The position numbers and the translations under genes are program-made. The notes under the pieces were generated by a model. The model saw only the letters and a program-made list of their open reading frames with translations. It ran no database searches and was not told the DNA's origin. A DNA stretch of 63,231 nt, filler included, from Perkinsus chesapeaki ATCC PRA-425 (Eukaryota > Protista > Perkinsozoa), in the NCBI GenBank assembly GCA_013115145.1. It is 5 parts of 5 records of this genome, joined end to end, with 100 filler letters (N's around TTAATTAATTAA, not from the genome) between each part and the next. Parts side by side here need not be neighbours in the genome. Positions count along the whole stretch, not along the records: positions 5,613 to 29,784 come from JAAPAO010000550.1; 4 more parts are not named here. One strand, written 5' to 3'. The first letter of the stretch is position 1. Each line of letters begins with the position of its first letter. This document shows, in pieces, positions 11,701-24,600 of the stretch.

Positions 11701-12051
11701 CACACCACAGTCCAAAAAGCGGTCCTGGATGCCCGTCGTTACGCGACGGACCTTGACAAGTCACTCGTAATGCGGGAAGACGCCCGACAGGCACGCGAGG
11801 AGAGCAGCGTCGTAAATGACTTGCTCGGTACTGGGGCACTGATCAACAAGCACCCGCTCTGCGTTAATCGTAGAAAGCTGTATTCTAAACTACAGCTTCG
11901 ATGGTCAACCGCTGCGGTCAAGGTGGGTAACATGGAAGATGAGGCAATTAAGCGGCTACGGAAAATCATAGCGGTCGACAGAGATAACAAGGAAGCCATG
12001 CTGCTTATCAGCCGTTTGCTGGCTAAGCAGGACACTGGCCACGCGGCATGA
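8754..12051 (+). CDS. DNAAF4: DNAAF4/DYX1C1/PF23-like dynein assembly factor (CS domain, coiled coil, TPRs); multi-exon
   Basis: N-terminal MPRGIDYRWSEDSKNVCITF (CS/p23-like), charged coil at about 9260-9470, ENSPIMLKNRGDRLMSNGDF TPR at about 10090, further TPRs in ORFs 10699..11028 and 11572..12051. The 3' TPR exons could belong to a separate gene. Confidence 0.6.
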
Positions 12052-12442
12052 ACGTGATCGGATTGGATAGATTTGCCGCAGTACCGTGGAGCTCTTACTT
12101 GTTGAGTTTTCCGTTAGTGGGCGGCTTAAATTCTCAGCGAACAGTCTTGCAGACTCGTGAACTTAAAACTAGCTCCGCAAGGCCTCTCTCGTGATTCCCG
12201 GTGAATAGCTGTTCAAAAAAGTGCGGAAACTTTCCCAGAAGAAGCAGCGAGCAGCAGCGAGCAGTAGCGAGCAGTGAGTGAGCTCACGGTGAGCTGCTCA
12301 TAGAAGAAGCCGTTTCTTTTCTGAACTTCTCTTCAAGAAACCTATGCATTCTGCCCATTCCCATTATCCTTTATCCTCTTACATCAGGCAGCATCCAGAT
12401 AAGCACTCAGTGCTTAGCACTGTCAGTGCTGCACTCGTCATA

Positions 12443-12514
12443 AGTCGCTACCCGGATTTGAACCGGGGTTGTCACGGCCACAACGTGACGTCCTAACCAC
12501 TAGACGATAGCGAC
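12443..12514 (-). tRNA. trnH: tRNA-His(GUG), copy 1
   Basis: Cloverleaf GTCGCTA/TAGCGAC, anticodon loop TTGTGGC, T-loop TTCAAAT; discriminator T. Confidence 0.95.
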
Positions 12515-12861
12515 TTCAAACAAAAAAAATATAGGACGAGTTCGTTGTGGATGATATGGTGTGAACTAGTTTGGTTCCCCCGAAACGTATTTCGAAGCTG
12601 GGATACCCTAAACTGCAGCAATCCTTTCATGGAGGAGAGAATGGAATTCGTCGAGGATAAGATTTACTCTGGTTTAGTATAAAACTCAAACATGCAGCCA
12701 GAGGCTAGCTGCACAGACAACCCACGACCAAGATGAAACTTTCGCAACGCAACTTGCATTATGCAAGTACTATCTTAAAATCCCTGCTTTGGACTTTTAA
12801 ACTCAACACCATTTCAGATGACACCAATCGGTCTATGATAGGTTTAAATTACGCATGGGTG

Positions 12862-14408
12862 TCACTCCGGACTCTCTGCTGCTGGACTGGACTTGACCAT
12901 TATGTTACGGTAACTGGCAAGTGCCAGTTGTGAAGGAGGCCAGGTCCATCTTGTCCGATTCAGTCTTACATGAAAACGGTCCCTAGACCCCACTCAAACT
13001 GAACTTTGGTTTCCGCCTCAAGTGACCAAACATTGGCGTTCTCTGTTCGCAAGAAATGTGTTACCAGGACTAGCACCTAGCAACAGCCCAGAATGTCAGA
13101 TAAAAGTCGCTACCCGGATTTGAACCGGGGTTGTCACGGCCACAACGTGACGTCCTAACCACTAGACGATAGCGACCACGGTAAAAAGAAAATGACAGTG
13201 GTTTGCTGCGAGGAAGAAAGATAACAGTCCTACAACGCAATATATTGGAGCAAGCAATGCTTGCTAAGCATTCGGTTCCACCTACGGTATGTTCCGGAGT
13301 TATCTTGGCTATCTGTAAGGCCTTCTCTTGAACCGAGTTTTCATTAAAGCATGTACCTTCACGAATCCATGAGCTGACCCCTAGGTTGTTGTTGCATCCT
13401 ACTCAGCCAGAATAGCACTAAGGGCGTTGACGGTTTCGCAGGTAGGGCTGGATCTTCTTGCACATCATCACTTGCAGGGTTATCCGCAGTTACGGCTTCA
13501 TCATCGGCAGATCTCTCCCCTTGCTCAGCTTCAGCTACGGAGCACAGCCGGATGTCTAAGAAGTCTGACCCATCTGAGTAACGGATGCAATGGCAGACAT
13601 GAGCACTTTGTACCTCCCAGGAGCTTAGTCAATTCTTCAAAAGCATCTCCCTCGATAAACTCTATATTTGATGTAACATTTGGAATAGTCGGCTCGGTTG
13701 CAGGTGAGCCGTCCTCTCCAATAGGGAACAGTGCCGAGGAAAATGCTTCTGAGATAGCATCCCAAGTCTCCTAATGTCCACGGTAGCCTACGCCTCTGGT
13801 GGGTGTATACTGGTCACCCTACTGCGCCAGAGTGAAACTGACTTAGTAGCTAGATCCTCACCTTTAAGTTCATTCGATTTGGCTACAAGCCCCGGAACAC
13901 ATTCCACTCCGACTGCTTTTTTGAACTGCTGACAAGCGGCAGCAGCAAGAACAGCGATCCCGGCACCCGAGCCAATATCGACGAAACATGTGCCACCCGG
14001 TGCTATAGTGACCTGCGAGCCTAGCCACAGTGAACCCATGATCGTGAGCGTCGTACCGTTTGCTGGACATCACACATAATAGCCTGCATAGGCTCGAGAG
14101 TCGTCTCTGCGTAGGTCAGGCTCGGATCATGCTCCTCGGGAGGGTTGGGCTCAGCATTCTCATCTGACCAGCTCATTCTAAGCTGCCCTACTCTAGTGGC
14201 CGGCTACCATCTTCTCCCTTTACTCGATGAGCTTTAGCTATCTCTTTGCCATGCTTTGACCGGTACTGAAGGAAGCCACCTGATAGCGTCAAACGCAAGG
14301 TGTGCGACTCACTGTAGCTAGTGCTTTGTTGTACAGCTCCTTGATGGCATCTACAGGGGTTGACTCTGGCGGGTCCACAACGCCCTCCTGCGGTTGTTCG
14401 TCGGACAT
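12862..14408 (-). CDS. DOT1-like class I SAM-dependent methyltransferase; multi-exon
   Basis: Spliced product has TYAET..., FVDIGSGAG, AVGVE, IEFIEGDAF, VLFWLSTCF, VLVLVTHFL and EWGLGTVFIYR; stop at 12862-12864. Confidence 0.7.
13105..13176 (-). tRNA. trnH: tRNA-His(GUG), copy 2, identical to copy 1, intronic
   Basis: Same 72 nt as copy 1; G at position -1; followed by a T run. Confidence 0.95.
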
Positions 14409-14672
14409 TAAAAAGCGACAAATGTGGACTACTGCGGGAATGCTGCTAAATAGAACTCTGGAGGATAGCATGGTAGAAATACTAATAACACCGATGATAT
14501 CATGATTCTTCTTCTTCTTTCTCCGTTGCACTCTGGTCGGAGCCTTTTCGCCAGACCCATGCCCTAACCCCCATGGGAACAGCGTTGTAGTCTCTCCTAT
14601 CTGCCCTTCTGACATACCCTTCAAGACGGAGGGATGTAACCGGCTCAATCTAGAGAACTATCAATGCTTTTA

Positions 14673-17600
14673 TCAAGGCTTCATTAGTACCTTGGCATCG
14701 AGGAAGCGAGAGCCTATTTCTTCTATTTGGCTGTATCTAGCCAGGTCCCTCCAAGCGAAGAGTACCACTCCTTCACGAGTGTGGCTGCCAATGTTGCGCA
14801 GTAGATTAGTGAGCTCTTCAGATTGGGTAGTAGTGTTTCCAGATAGGAGACTGAATACCTAGCTTAAGCCGACATGCTCCACTCAAGCAGGTTAGGGATC
14901 ACATTAAAGACTAGTCCCCAATCAAATGGACCATAAGGGAAGGCGACTGAACCATGGGTAACACCAGGCAGGAAAGTCACTGCACCACGTGTGACGGCCT
15001 TGACATGGAATGCCGCAGCAGTCGATCAGAGCTCTCACACTGCTCTCTGAGTATCGGTGTTCAAAACCGTATGCTGCAACTAGTCCAGTGTCGTTGAGGT
15101 GCAGGACATTGTGGCCACTAGAACAATAAATGAGCTACGCTACCTTCAGGCTGGCTACTCACAGGCCTGAGCCGATCTCCATTATAGAGTCGTCAAGTGT
15201 GAGCGCCAAATCCATTAGCGCTCGAAGGCATAGCTGAGAGATAAAGGCGAACCACTTCTATATTGGATTAGTGGATCACCTTCTCATGGCGGTAATCTCT
15301 GACGTGATCAGTGACTATAGAGTCTATAAGGGGGCTGATATCAGCGGGTGGATTGCCTTCGATCGGCATCCTCCAGGCAGCCAGGGCCGACTGCATGAAG
15401 CGATAAGGGATAAGGAGACTGTTGAGCCATACCTCAAGGGAACGGATGGCCAGAGATAGGTATTGCTCAGCCTTCTGAATGTAGTTGTATGCACTCGCTC
15501 TGAACTCAGCCTTAGTAGTGGACTGAGCCAGGACCCATAGTGCACGGAGCTCTGTGTCACCGAGGGAAGCCAGTCGGCCAATACCTGCCGCCGAACTTAA
15601 CTGCAGTATACAAGCGCGCATCCCACCGATCGCCTGCGTAATCTGCAGAGCCCTGTGGAAGCATCTCTCAGCATGGTTGGCCGCGATTGCAGTAGTGAAG
15701 TGAGTATGTGATGCAAGGTAGCTAGAGACAGCCGCAGCACCACTGAGCAGCTGCTCCTCGACAGCGGCCAGCTCCACGGGATCCTGGAAGTAAATTCCCA
15801 AGCTCTCCAGGAGAGATAATCTAATACGATATCCGGAAGCATGGTGTTGTTCAGGGATGTTGCTGCAGCCTCTCTAATCGCCCTAACCTGCTCCCATGTG
15901 GATAGCTTCGTGGCGTAGAAGAAGTCGAGAACCTAGGCAGCTAAGAGGAGGGCCAAAGCCAAGGAGGAAGTGCTTGACCTGAGTGCAGTTGTCCTTGCCA
16001 TAGACATACGATTCAAGCTGCCTCTCCCATCCAGCTAGCTGATCGTCCACTGACCTAATCAGAGCCTGTGGTGCATTGCAGAAACCTTCAACAGTAATTG
16101 CCCCGAGCCAAATAGTTAACGTCGCTAACACTAAGGCTGGTGACGGGGCTGATGTGGTAGCTGACATGTCTGCGTCGAACGGTTTGACATGAGTTTCTGC
16201 TCGTTACAACACAACACTGAGGAAGGAGTACAACGATTGACATCCAAACTCTCGACAAAGTGAGAGAGTAACATTAAAGCACATGAATGACAAAGTCTAT
16301 CAGCAGTAGCAGTGTGGGGCGGATTGCGAGTAATCAAGATTTCCGTCGAATCTGAAGAGTAATAATTGATGGCACAACGGGCAGGTTCCAGGCTTACTTC
16401 TACGGTCAGCTCTTCGGTATACTCGAATGTGTCAACAACTTCATCAATACGTTGGACGGTGGAGGCATTGAACTAACGACACCACATGAAAGACACCAAA
16501 AGAATTCAAACCATACCGGCCGTGGACTGACTATTGGCTGCCCGAACATCATCACGCCACTTTGGACAGGACTCCGCATACTCGAGGTTTGCGAACGATA
16601 GCTGGCTATAGCATCCTCCCGGTAAGTGTCATTAGCAGACTCGAAGGCAGGTGTAACCAGGGGCCTAACAGGAGTTACCCTCCATCAACCACGACAAGCG
16701 GATGTCTGCTCCTCCTCACTTCAGACTTTCCTGGTCGCTGCTGCTGTCGGCTGCATCAAGCTGCATCTAAGAGAAAGGGACTTCTAGTTCGAACTGCCAA
16801 CCCTGACTAACCTCCTCGCCAACGCGTTGCTGGGAGCTCGAGGAAACTTGTTCTTCCTCGCTACCTACCCACGGCATTGAAGGGCCGGAGCCTTCCAGCA
16901 ACGTACTTTTGATAGAGTCTAACTGTTCTGTATTGCTATAAGTATTAAAGCTATCCTGTTCTTTCACACTATCAATACTGTTAATGCCAAACGTGCCAGA
17001 GTATCCAGTGGTGCCTGAGAAGTTAGGTGTTGCAAACTAACGAGGCCGTCAAATAGTTCCACCATTATCGTTAGCATCATTCCGCGTTATATGGTGAGCT
17101 TCAGTCCTCTCAACTGTAAAGACCTGAGATTAGGATAGCTCTAAGATAGGTAGGTATTAGGCTGATTACGTCCATCTCGGTTCTGTCGAAACCTGGGCTA
17201 TGAGTCTCCTTCGTTATGATCTCCTCTTGTGTCTCGGTAGTGAGTTCTATACTGCCCAGCTGCATTGTGTCAACCTCGTCGGTGACTCTGTCGGTCTCAA
17301 TGGTAGTGGCAATGGTGTTGCCGTCGACTTGGAGGGTGTATTCATCCTCAGTTAAACGTTCGATGATCTGTTATATAAAATGCACGTAAAATGGAGAACC
17401 CGGGCATCGATCCCGGTGCCTCTCGCTTGCTAAGCGAGCGCTCTACCATTTGAGCTAGTCCCCCTCACAACTTACTTGCCGACTGTCTGGATCGTACCCA
17501 TCTGCTTGATCTACACTTCCATTCATGCTGGAGCTGAACTGATGAGATGCCAGTACTGGGGTAAGCTCGTCGTAGTCAGGCTGCCTTCCCGAAACATAAG

Positions 17601-19332
17601 ATGACGCCTTCACTGATGACTGTAGAGGGGATCCCTGCGGCGGCGGCCGATTACTTGCATGGACCTCAGCATTGACTCACCTTAGTAGCCCTTATCGGTG
17701 GAGTAGCTGGTGGAGGTTCATGAGCTCCATGATGGTGTTTTGTCATTGCTCCTTGTGTTGACTCCCCCGCGGCCAACAATGACCACTTCCCTCTAGGCTT
17801 CAATAAACCTCCACCACCACTGGCAATGGGCTCATCAGCTTCTTCTGGATGAGGAGAAGAGGAGAACTCCTCCGGAAGCCTTTCGAGAGTCGTTCCTTGC
17901 AAGCTCGCCGTCTGGCTCGCCGTGGGGCCCATTGGTCTCGGTGTCGGCCCGCTCCCAGTGCTGACTGTTTCCTTCTTGGCCGCTCCGTTAGCAATGATGC
18001 GCCACAAATCAGCAGCGTTCTGTACAATAGTCACTGGAGGGGCAGATCCATCAGAGACTCCTGATGAGGGATATCACCGAACAATCACGAGCGTCGACCG
18101 GTTCACCTCCGGTAGCTCCCGGGATGACCCAAGATAGCTCTCCGAGCGCCTCAGGGTTTAAGAAGACAACTGCGGCAGCAGGTGGCCCTCCTGGGACTGG
18201 ATTCCAGCAACACACAGGTGACTCAGCTGAGGCTCCGGGGATTAGAGGAATGACTTGAGGAGACTGAGGGAACCAATTTTCACAACCACTCTGTCAGTGG
18301 CTCGGGTATACCTGTTGGATGTCCTTCTGTGAGGCTGCTGGGAGACTGGGGTGATCCGCAATGTAGTAAGTAGATTCATCAACATCACGCCTTACACTTA
18401 CCTTCTGCTGTGGAGTGCTAGATCTTCCTTTGTCATGCAAATGATGTATATTATTGCTGCCGTATGGATCATTATGATGACAATGTTTGTGTTTGAGGCC
18501 CTCAGAAGAGTATCCAGCGGCAAGCCAGTCCCAACGGGTTAAGTCTTTGGAAGAGCCACCCGGTTGCATGTGTCGTCCCTTAGTGCGAGGAGGAGGGGAG
18601 CGAGTTGGAACTACCGGTGGTGGAACTTCAGGAATGTAAGCCTGAAAAAGCCGCATGTCAGGTGACATTTACCACAATCCGATGTAGTCTAGCTGGTTAG
18701 GATTCATGGCTCTCACCCATGCGACCGGGGTTCGAGTCCCCGCATCGGAACTTTACCACTAATTATTGATCCGCCCGATCACCTACCTTCGACACCCCTA
18801 TTCGCCATGGAGGTCTAGAGTCATATCTTATGGACGATTCGGAAGATGAATGGTTTCTAGCCTTTACAGAGCGAGGTTGCGGAGAGACGCGGCGAGTGCC
18901 ACCGGACACGCGAGGAGGAGCATTGAACTTGTACACCTGAAAAACACCATTTTCGCTCACAAGACGTTGTAATACATGGCATCGGTTACCTGCCGTCCTT
19001 CGACGTTCCCGGATAGGAACCCACCATGCTCAGGTCTCCTAGGAGGAATCGGGGATACTCCTCTCCTCAGTGGCAGCACCTGGTAAATGTCATCTATACC
19101 AGAGATCCTTCAAACCTACTTCCTCTCCATCACGTTGAGGCGCGAAGCCTCCATTCCTTTTCCTCGCAACAGGACTTCCATTACCACGGGGTTGCCTCTT
19201 TTTATGTGGAGACACTTTCCTCTTGCGCCTCACCAGCTTAACAGGCTGCTCATCAGTCTGTTCCCCTTCATCTTTCATAACAATAGACTCGACCCTTAGC
19301 GGCTGAGGCACTACCGACTGCGCAGATCTCAT
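14673..19332 (-). CDS. Large multi-exon hypothetical protein (possibly more than one gene); low-complexity N-terminus, helical C-terminus
   Basis: Open exons join in frame across GT-AG introns (for example ...RIGVSK|AYIPEVPP... and ...DPDSRQ|IIERLTEDEY...); ORF 15268..15801; stop at 14673-14675. Confidence 0.45.
17392..17464 (-). tRNA. trnA: tRNA-Ala(AGC), intronic
   Basis: GGGGGAC/GTTCTCC acceptor with G3:U70, anticodon loop TTAGCAA, T-loop ATCGATG, TTTT terminator. Confidence 0.95.
18678..18750 (+). tRNA. trnE: tRNA-Glu(CUC), antisense within an intron
   Basis: TCCGATG/CATCGGA acceptor, anticodon loop CTCTCAC, T-arm CGGGG-TTCGAGT-CCCCG. Confidence 0.95.
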
Positions 19333-19358
19333 TACCGATCCTAAGAGGGAACTTCAGC

Positions 19359-21419
19359 CTACCGTAGCGTCCATATATACCCACCTGAATATGCCACCCC
19401 ACTATGCTCTTCTATCTCGGAGCGTTGACGCTTGGCTGCTGACGAGGTCCTCCCAGCGCCACTGCTATGTGTGGATTCAGCACCCCACCCCCCACTAAGA
19501 GCTCCCGATGCCTTGGTGCTAGTTATCTCTTTATTCGACACTACACTGCCGGAACTGCTCTTCGCTACCGCTGAAGCCTCAAAGCCACTGGAGGAGCGAA
19601 CACTGGTGGCTTGTTTGCTTGACCCGAAGCCGCCCGTAGTAGAAGCGACGTTCGATCTGCTAGCCTCCCAGCTGCCCCGTGAATTGCTAGACTTAATCGA
19701 TTCCTTCTCCTGTATGGACCTTGATCCACTAACACTGGCTATCAGGCCACTGCTGTCCCCACTTCTAGCACTTTCCTTATCCTCCTCCGATGCTGACTTG
19801 TCGCTTCCCCAACCATCACTTTCCTTCGATTCCATAACGCTACTCGACGCGCTTTTACTGAACCCTCCATTCCCACTAGAAGCCTTACTACTGGCAACTT
19901 TACTGCTCTCGAAGCCTCCGTTACTACTGGCAACTTTACTGCTACCAAAGCCTCCATTACTACTGGCAACTTTACTGCTGCCAAAGCCTCCGTTACTACT
20001 GGCAACTTTACTGCTCTCGAAGCCTCCGTTACTACTGGCAACCTTACTGCTACCAAAGCCTCCGTTACTACTGGCAACTTTACTGCTACCAAAGCCTCCG
20101 TTACTACTGGCAACTTTACTGCTCTCGAAGCCTCCCTTACTACTGGCAACTTTACTGCTCTCGAAGCCNNNNNNNNNNNNNNNNNNNNNNNNNNNNNNNN
20201 NNNNNNNNNNNNNNNNNNNNNNNNNNNNNNNNNNNNNNNNNNNNNNNNNNNNNNNNNNNNNNNNNNNATCCGTTACTACTGGCAACTTTACTGCTCTCGA
20301 AGCCTCCGTTACTACTGGCAACTTTACTGCTCTCGAAGCCTCCGTTACTACTGGCAACTTTACTGCTCTCGAAGCCTTGACTAGCTGTCTTTGTAGTGTT
20401 ACCGAACGCGTCACTGTTGGTACTTGATTTCCACGAGCCATCAGCATTCGATGACTTAACTGTTGCATCGACACCACTCCTATGCGATTCCTGTGCTTCC
20501 TGTCTTCCACTATCCTTCACCGAACTATCGCTACTCCATTGTAGATTAGATGGGAACCCAGACCCGCTACTAGCATCACTGATAGTCGAAGTTGCTCCTG
20601 TTGTTGCCGAGGATCCCCAGGCAGACTGCAGCCGTGTATTAGTAGCAACGGCCGAGGCAAGGACGCTACTACTAGCCATCTGTGATGATGACATCTGAGG
20701 TAAGGCGAGAAATGCAGTGATAAGCAATGCGTGAGGTGGTGGTGGTGAAAGGTCGTCTTTATGGTCGGCAGCATTGTACGTGGTAAAGCCAGCCCTAGTA
20801 TCTTTTTATCGGTCCTAGTAGGCCAGAGTAACAACTTGTAATATATATTGAATATTGACACTACCACACTTCTATTTACCCCTCATTTACCTGTTGAGTG
20901 GTAGTAGATGATGCCAACACTGGCCCACTATTAGTCGATTGCATATAGGACCGGCTGGCTTCTACCCCAGGGGCACGACGCTGCGGGAAAAAGCATCAAA
21001 CTACTATTGTACAACAAAACATTACCTCTCTACTACTAGTCTTAAAGGAGGACCCAGCAGATGAGGATGCAGCATTCGATACAGTTATACTTGCTTCTTC
21101 TGAGATTGTATTTCATACCGCATTTCCATCTAATCCTGCAGGGCTGGCTTACCTCTACTTTGAGCTACAGTACCCCAGGAATCACCGGACCCACCACTAG
21201 GTTCGGGCAGCTTGGCCAGCAAGGCGGAAGCTTTCACTTCTGTGCCTACGCCGCCAGCAGCAGCCTGCTGTGAGAAAGATACAAAAAGGTTCATGCGTGC
21301 AAGATAAGCTATACCTTATGAGATGCGACAGGATGCGCTTTTCCTTTGCCTCCCATAAGTTTGTTGAGTAAATCGGCAGCCGATACCTCTTGCTTGCCGC
21401 CTGGTTTCGGTCTGGGCAT
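19359..21419 (-). CDS. Ser/Gly/Ala-rich protein with 12-aa tandem repeats (GGFESSKVASSN); multi-exon
   Basis: Spliced model starts MPRPKPGGKQEVSAADLLNKL at 21419 and runs through Ser-rich exons into ORFs 20152..20727 and 19359..20510. Confidence 0.6.
19885..20376. repeat. Coding minisatellite, 36-bp unit, spanning an assembly gap
   Basis: Unit ttactactggcaactttactgctctcgaagcctccg with ctcg/acca variants; about 8 copies before and 3 after the N gap at 20169-20267. Confidence 0.95.
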
Positions 21420-21640
21420 AGTCAAAGGGGACTGCTCAATTCAATCAGTGGCGCTCCTTCGTGTCTTCCAAAATGATCTTTTCTTGCAACTTGCACGAAA
21501 AGCGCGTTTTCTAAGCGTACGGCAGCAGGCCCAGCAGCAGCGGAGCAACGTCCGTAGATCTCTCCGGGTCAGCGTGGCATGGGGGTGGCTTCCGCCGCCG
21601 AGGTGTCTCTAATACCCTGCTATCCTTAGCTCACCATTCA

Positions 21641-24600
21641 TTGACTATGCCACTAACCGAAGTATCCAACTCCACTAGACAACAGCAGCAGCCATCACCA
21701 GTAGCAGCGGCTTCCTCCTCTACAGAAGGCTCATCATCCACACTACCGACGACAACATCGTTATTACCCCGTCCTTTCCTAGGGCTACCTTCTATATCCA
21801 AAGATACTGGACCACCATGGGCAACAACCAAGGGTCATTATAATGATAATACACGAAGTCACTATAGTAGAAGTACTGATGATGATCGTAACCAACAACA
21901 ACATTACCATCAGTTGTATCCTGGGTATCATCATCATGTAAGCCCTCTCCCCTCACTTATGGAGTAGCCCCTATCGCTTGATCCCTATTACGGTTCTGTT
22001 CATTGCGGCGGTTCACGTTTAGCACAGTTGCTTATTAGCTCTCACCATAAGGCTCACAATAGTTACCTGTCTTCTCCTAGGCCTCACCTATCGGCGACAA
22101 TCGTAGAAAGTCTCCGAGGGGGGCTGTATTCGATAACTCTGGTCAAGCTAGTGGTGGTAACTCCAAAAGGGTTCAGATGGCTATTCAACAGAGAATAATG
22201 CAAGCTGCTAATATGTAAGCCAACAACAAGAACAACACTGCATCCACCAGGGCAGCAGTATCCTTTAATCCTCAGGTACCGTGACCCCTGCCGCACCATT
22301 GCCGAAATCCTAAGTGTATTCGATGAGTTCCAAAGAGATGGTGTAGAGTTTAACGAGATACATACCAGCACGGCACTTCACAGGTCAGCGCTGGGTGGTT
22401 ATCCGCTTGTAATGCGGATATAGGTTGGCAACAGCTATCACTAAAGGGGGCAGCAGCAACAACAGCCGGATGATGAGCAATAACGAGGGACACAGCAGCA
22501 CTAATAACAACAATGCTAGCGTTATGTAGGCAACAACAACCGAGTGTTGGTGTCCTATGTTTCGTCTTCTCGTCGTCATTATTATCAGGGCTACCTACGT
22601 GACTTCGGATTCAAGATTCATTCGTCTAGTCGAGAGAGCTCGTGTCCTGCTACCTAGGGCTACCACTAGAGCAGTTAGCAACATTACTTGGGCATTAAGC
22701 AAGCTTAACTATACCGATGAGGGCATTCTTGACATTGTTACCGAGTAGGTGCTCCACTGCGGTATATCCTTTTTTAGGGATAGTTTACCTATCAGATATA
22801 TGTTGGCCAATCTGGAGTCATTCGACACACAAGGCGTTTCCAACTGCCTTTATGCGTTTGGGTTGTTGAGATGTAGCTCTGGAGAGCGTCGAAGGTGATG
22901 ATGGTGATGAAGCGATAGATGAGGTGGTGATGGTTATTATCAGATTACTCTTGGATCGCTTGTGTGAGCATATCCCTCCGAGACTGAAGGAATTCAAGCC
23001 ACAGGAGATATCAAATTGCGTGTAATACCGTAATGGGTATATTTAGATCCTATCACCAGATACGCCCTAGCTCGCCTTGGTCACAGGGATGACAACTTCC
23101 TAGCTGTGGTGGCGGCCTATATACCAGGGTACATGAAGGGCGGCGGCGGCCTCATTACATTTTGTTATTAGTTGTATCGAACACTTCAAGGCCCAAGAGA
23201 TGTCTAACGTTGCCTACAGCTACGCCTTGCTCTCGTATAGGGACGACCCTCTATTGTCGGTCACTGGACGTGCCGGCCAACTCTCTTTACCTTTCCTTCT
23301 CTAGTCAGTCGGTCGCTGATGAAATGGTTGCTCGTGGCATGGGTAGATGTAGGAGTCAGGATATCTCTAACACTCTGTACGCGTTCGCTAAGGTCAACTT
23401 CAAGTAGTAGTAGTAGTCTGCTGCTGCTGTCCATGCAAGCCAGCATGTGCCTTGAGCAGATGCGATAACCTATGTCGTGAGGTATGCGATAATATGATGA
23501 TACGCCTACATGAGTTTAATATGCAGGGCATCTCTAACACCATGTTTGCCCTTGGTGGGCTCGGGTAGTAGTAGTTGAAGGCCTTCCTTCTTACTGCTGC
23601 TATCCTGTTGGAACTTGCTATTAACTCAGATATAGACATGAGGCCTTCCTCAATGCCATAGCCGATCATGTCGTGGGACGTCTATGTTCATTGGACCAGT
23701 TCTCGCAATATTCTACTCCACAGGACTTCGCCAATACGCTCGTGGCGTTCTCGAAGTTAAAGTGACGAGCCAGCACCATGCAATGAACCTCATGTTGCCT
23801 CCTTTCAGCCTTCGTCACGATCCACTGCTTGATGCCTTCGGCTCTGTAATGTGCCACAGACTGCAGTCGTTCAAATCACAAGAGATAGCAAGTGTTGTTA
23901 ACGCCTACGCAACTTTAGGATATGTAAGAGTTGCCGGCAGCAGCAGCACCGTGGTAGTAGATAGACTGTTACCCCTGGGTCAGGTCCACACAGGTTTCTT
24001 CATAGAAGTTGTCCAAGGCATTCTGAGCTCCCCAGCCCTCAGTGGCCTATCAAAACCGGGTAATAATAACAACAACAGCTACTCTGACGCATCCCCGACT
24101 ATGAGCATTGCATCTAGACCATCTGGCATTGGTAAAACCTAACAATTCCGACTGGGAGGTATTTTTTTATCAGGTGCTGGTTCCTCCTCTGTGCCGCCTC
24201 GCCTTAGAGACTTCAAGCCGGGAGACATCGCTCTCATTGTGTACAGCTGCTGCTCCTACTGCGGCCCCCGTTGCCTATGATTGCTATGTTGTATTGGTTG
24301 TTGCTGTGTTAGGTATTCGTTTGGTCTACTCATGTGGGAGCCTCCACATGGCACACATTTCATGACTGCAGTTTGCAACCACGTTGCTTCTAATGCTGAC
24401 AAGTATAGACCCAATGCCCTCACTAATATAGCATTAGCAATGGGGCGTTTGCAGTATAGAGATGCACCGTGCTTGGAGGTATTGCTGCCATAACAACAAC
24501 AACGACGACGATCACGTAGCTAATCAACTCGGTATGTCGTCAGGCTATCTTCTCGGCGCTGCAGTATGACAATACGGTTGGGCAGCTGCCGAATGGTGTA

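Noticed and set aside
19432-20427. 331-aa Leu/Pro-rich plus-strand ORF and alternative-frame ORFs over the 36-bp repeat
   Set aside because: Shadow ORFs from a stop-free minisatellite; the minus-strand Ser-rich frame links to upstream exons.
20698-20727. Apparent signal peptide MLITAFLALPQ
   Set aside because: It is the pyrimidine-rich 3' end of an intron ending CCTCAG, with a TTG start only.
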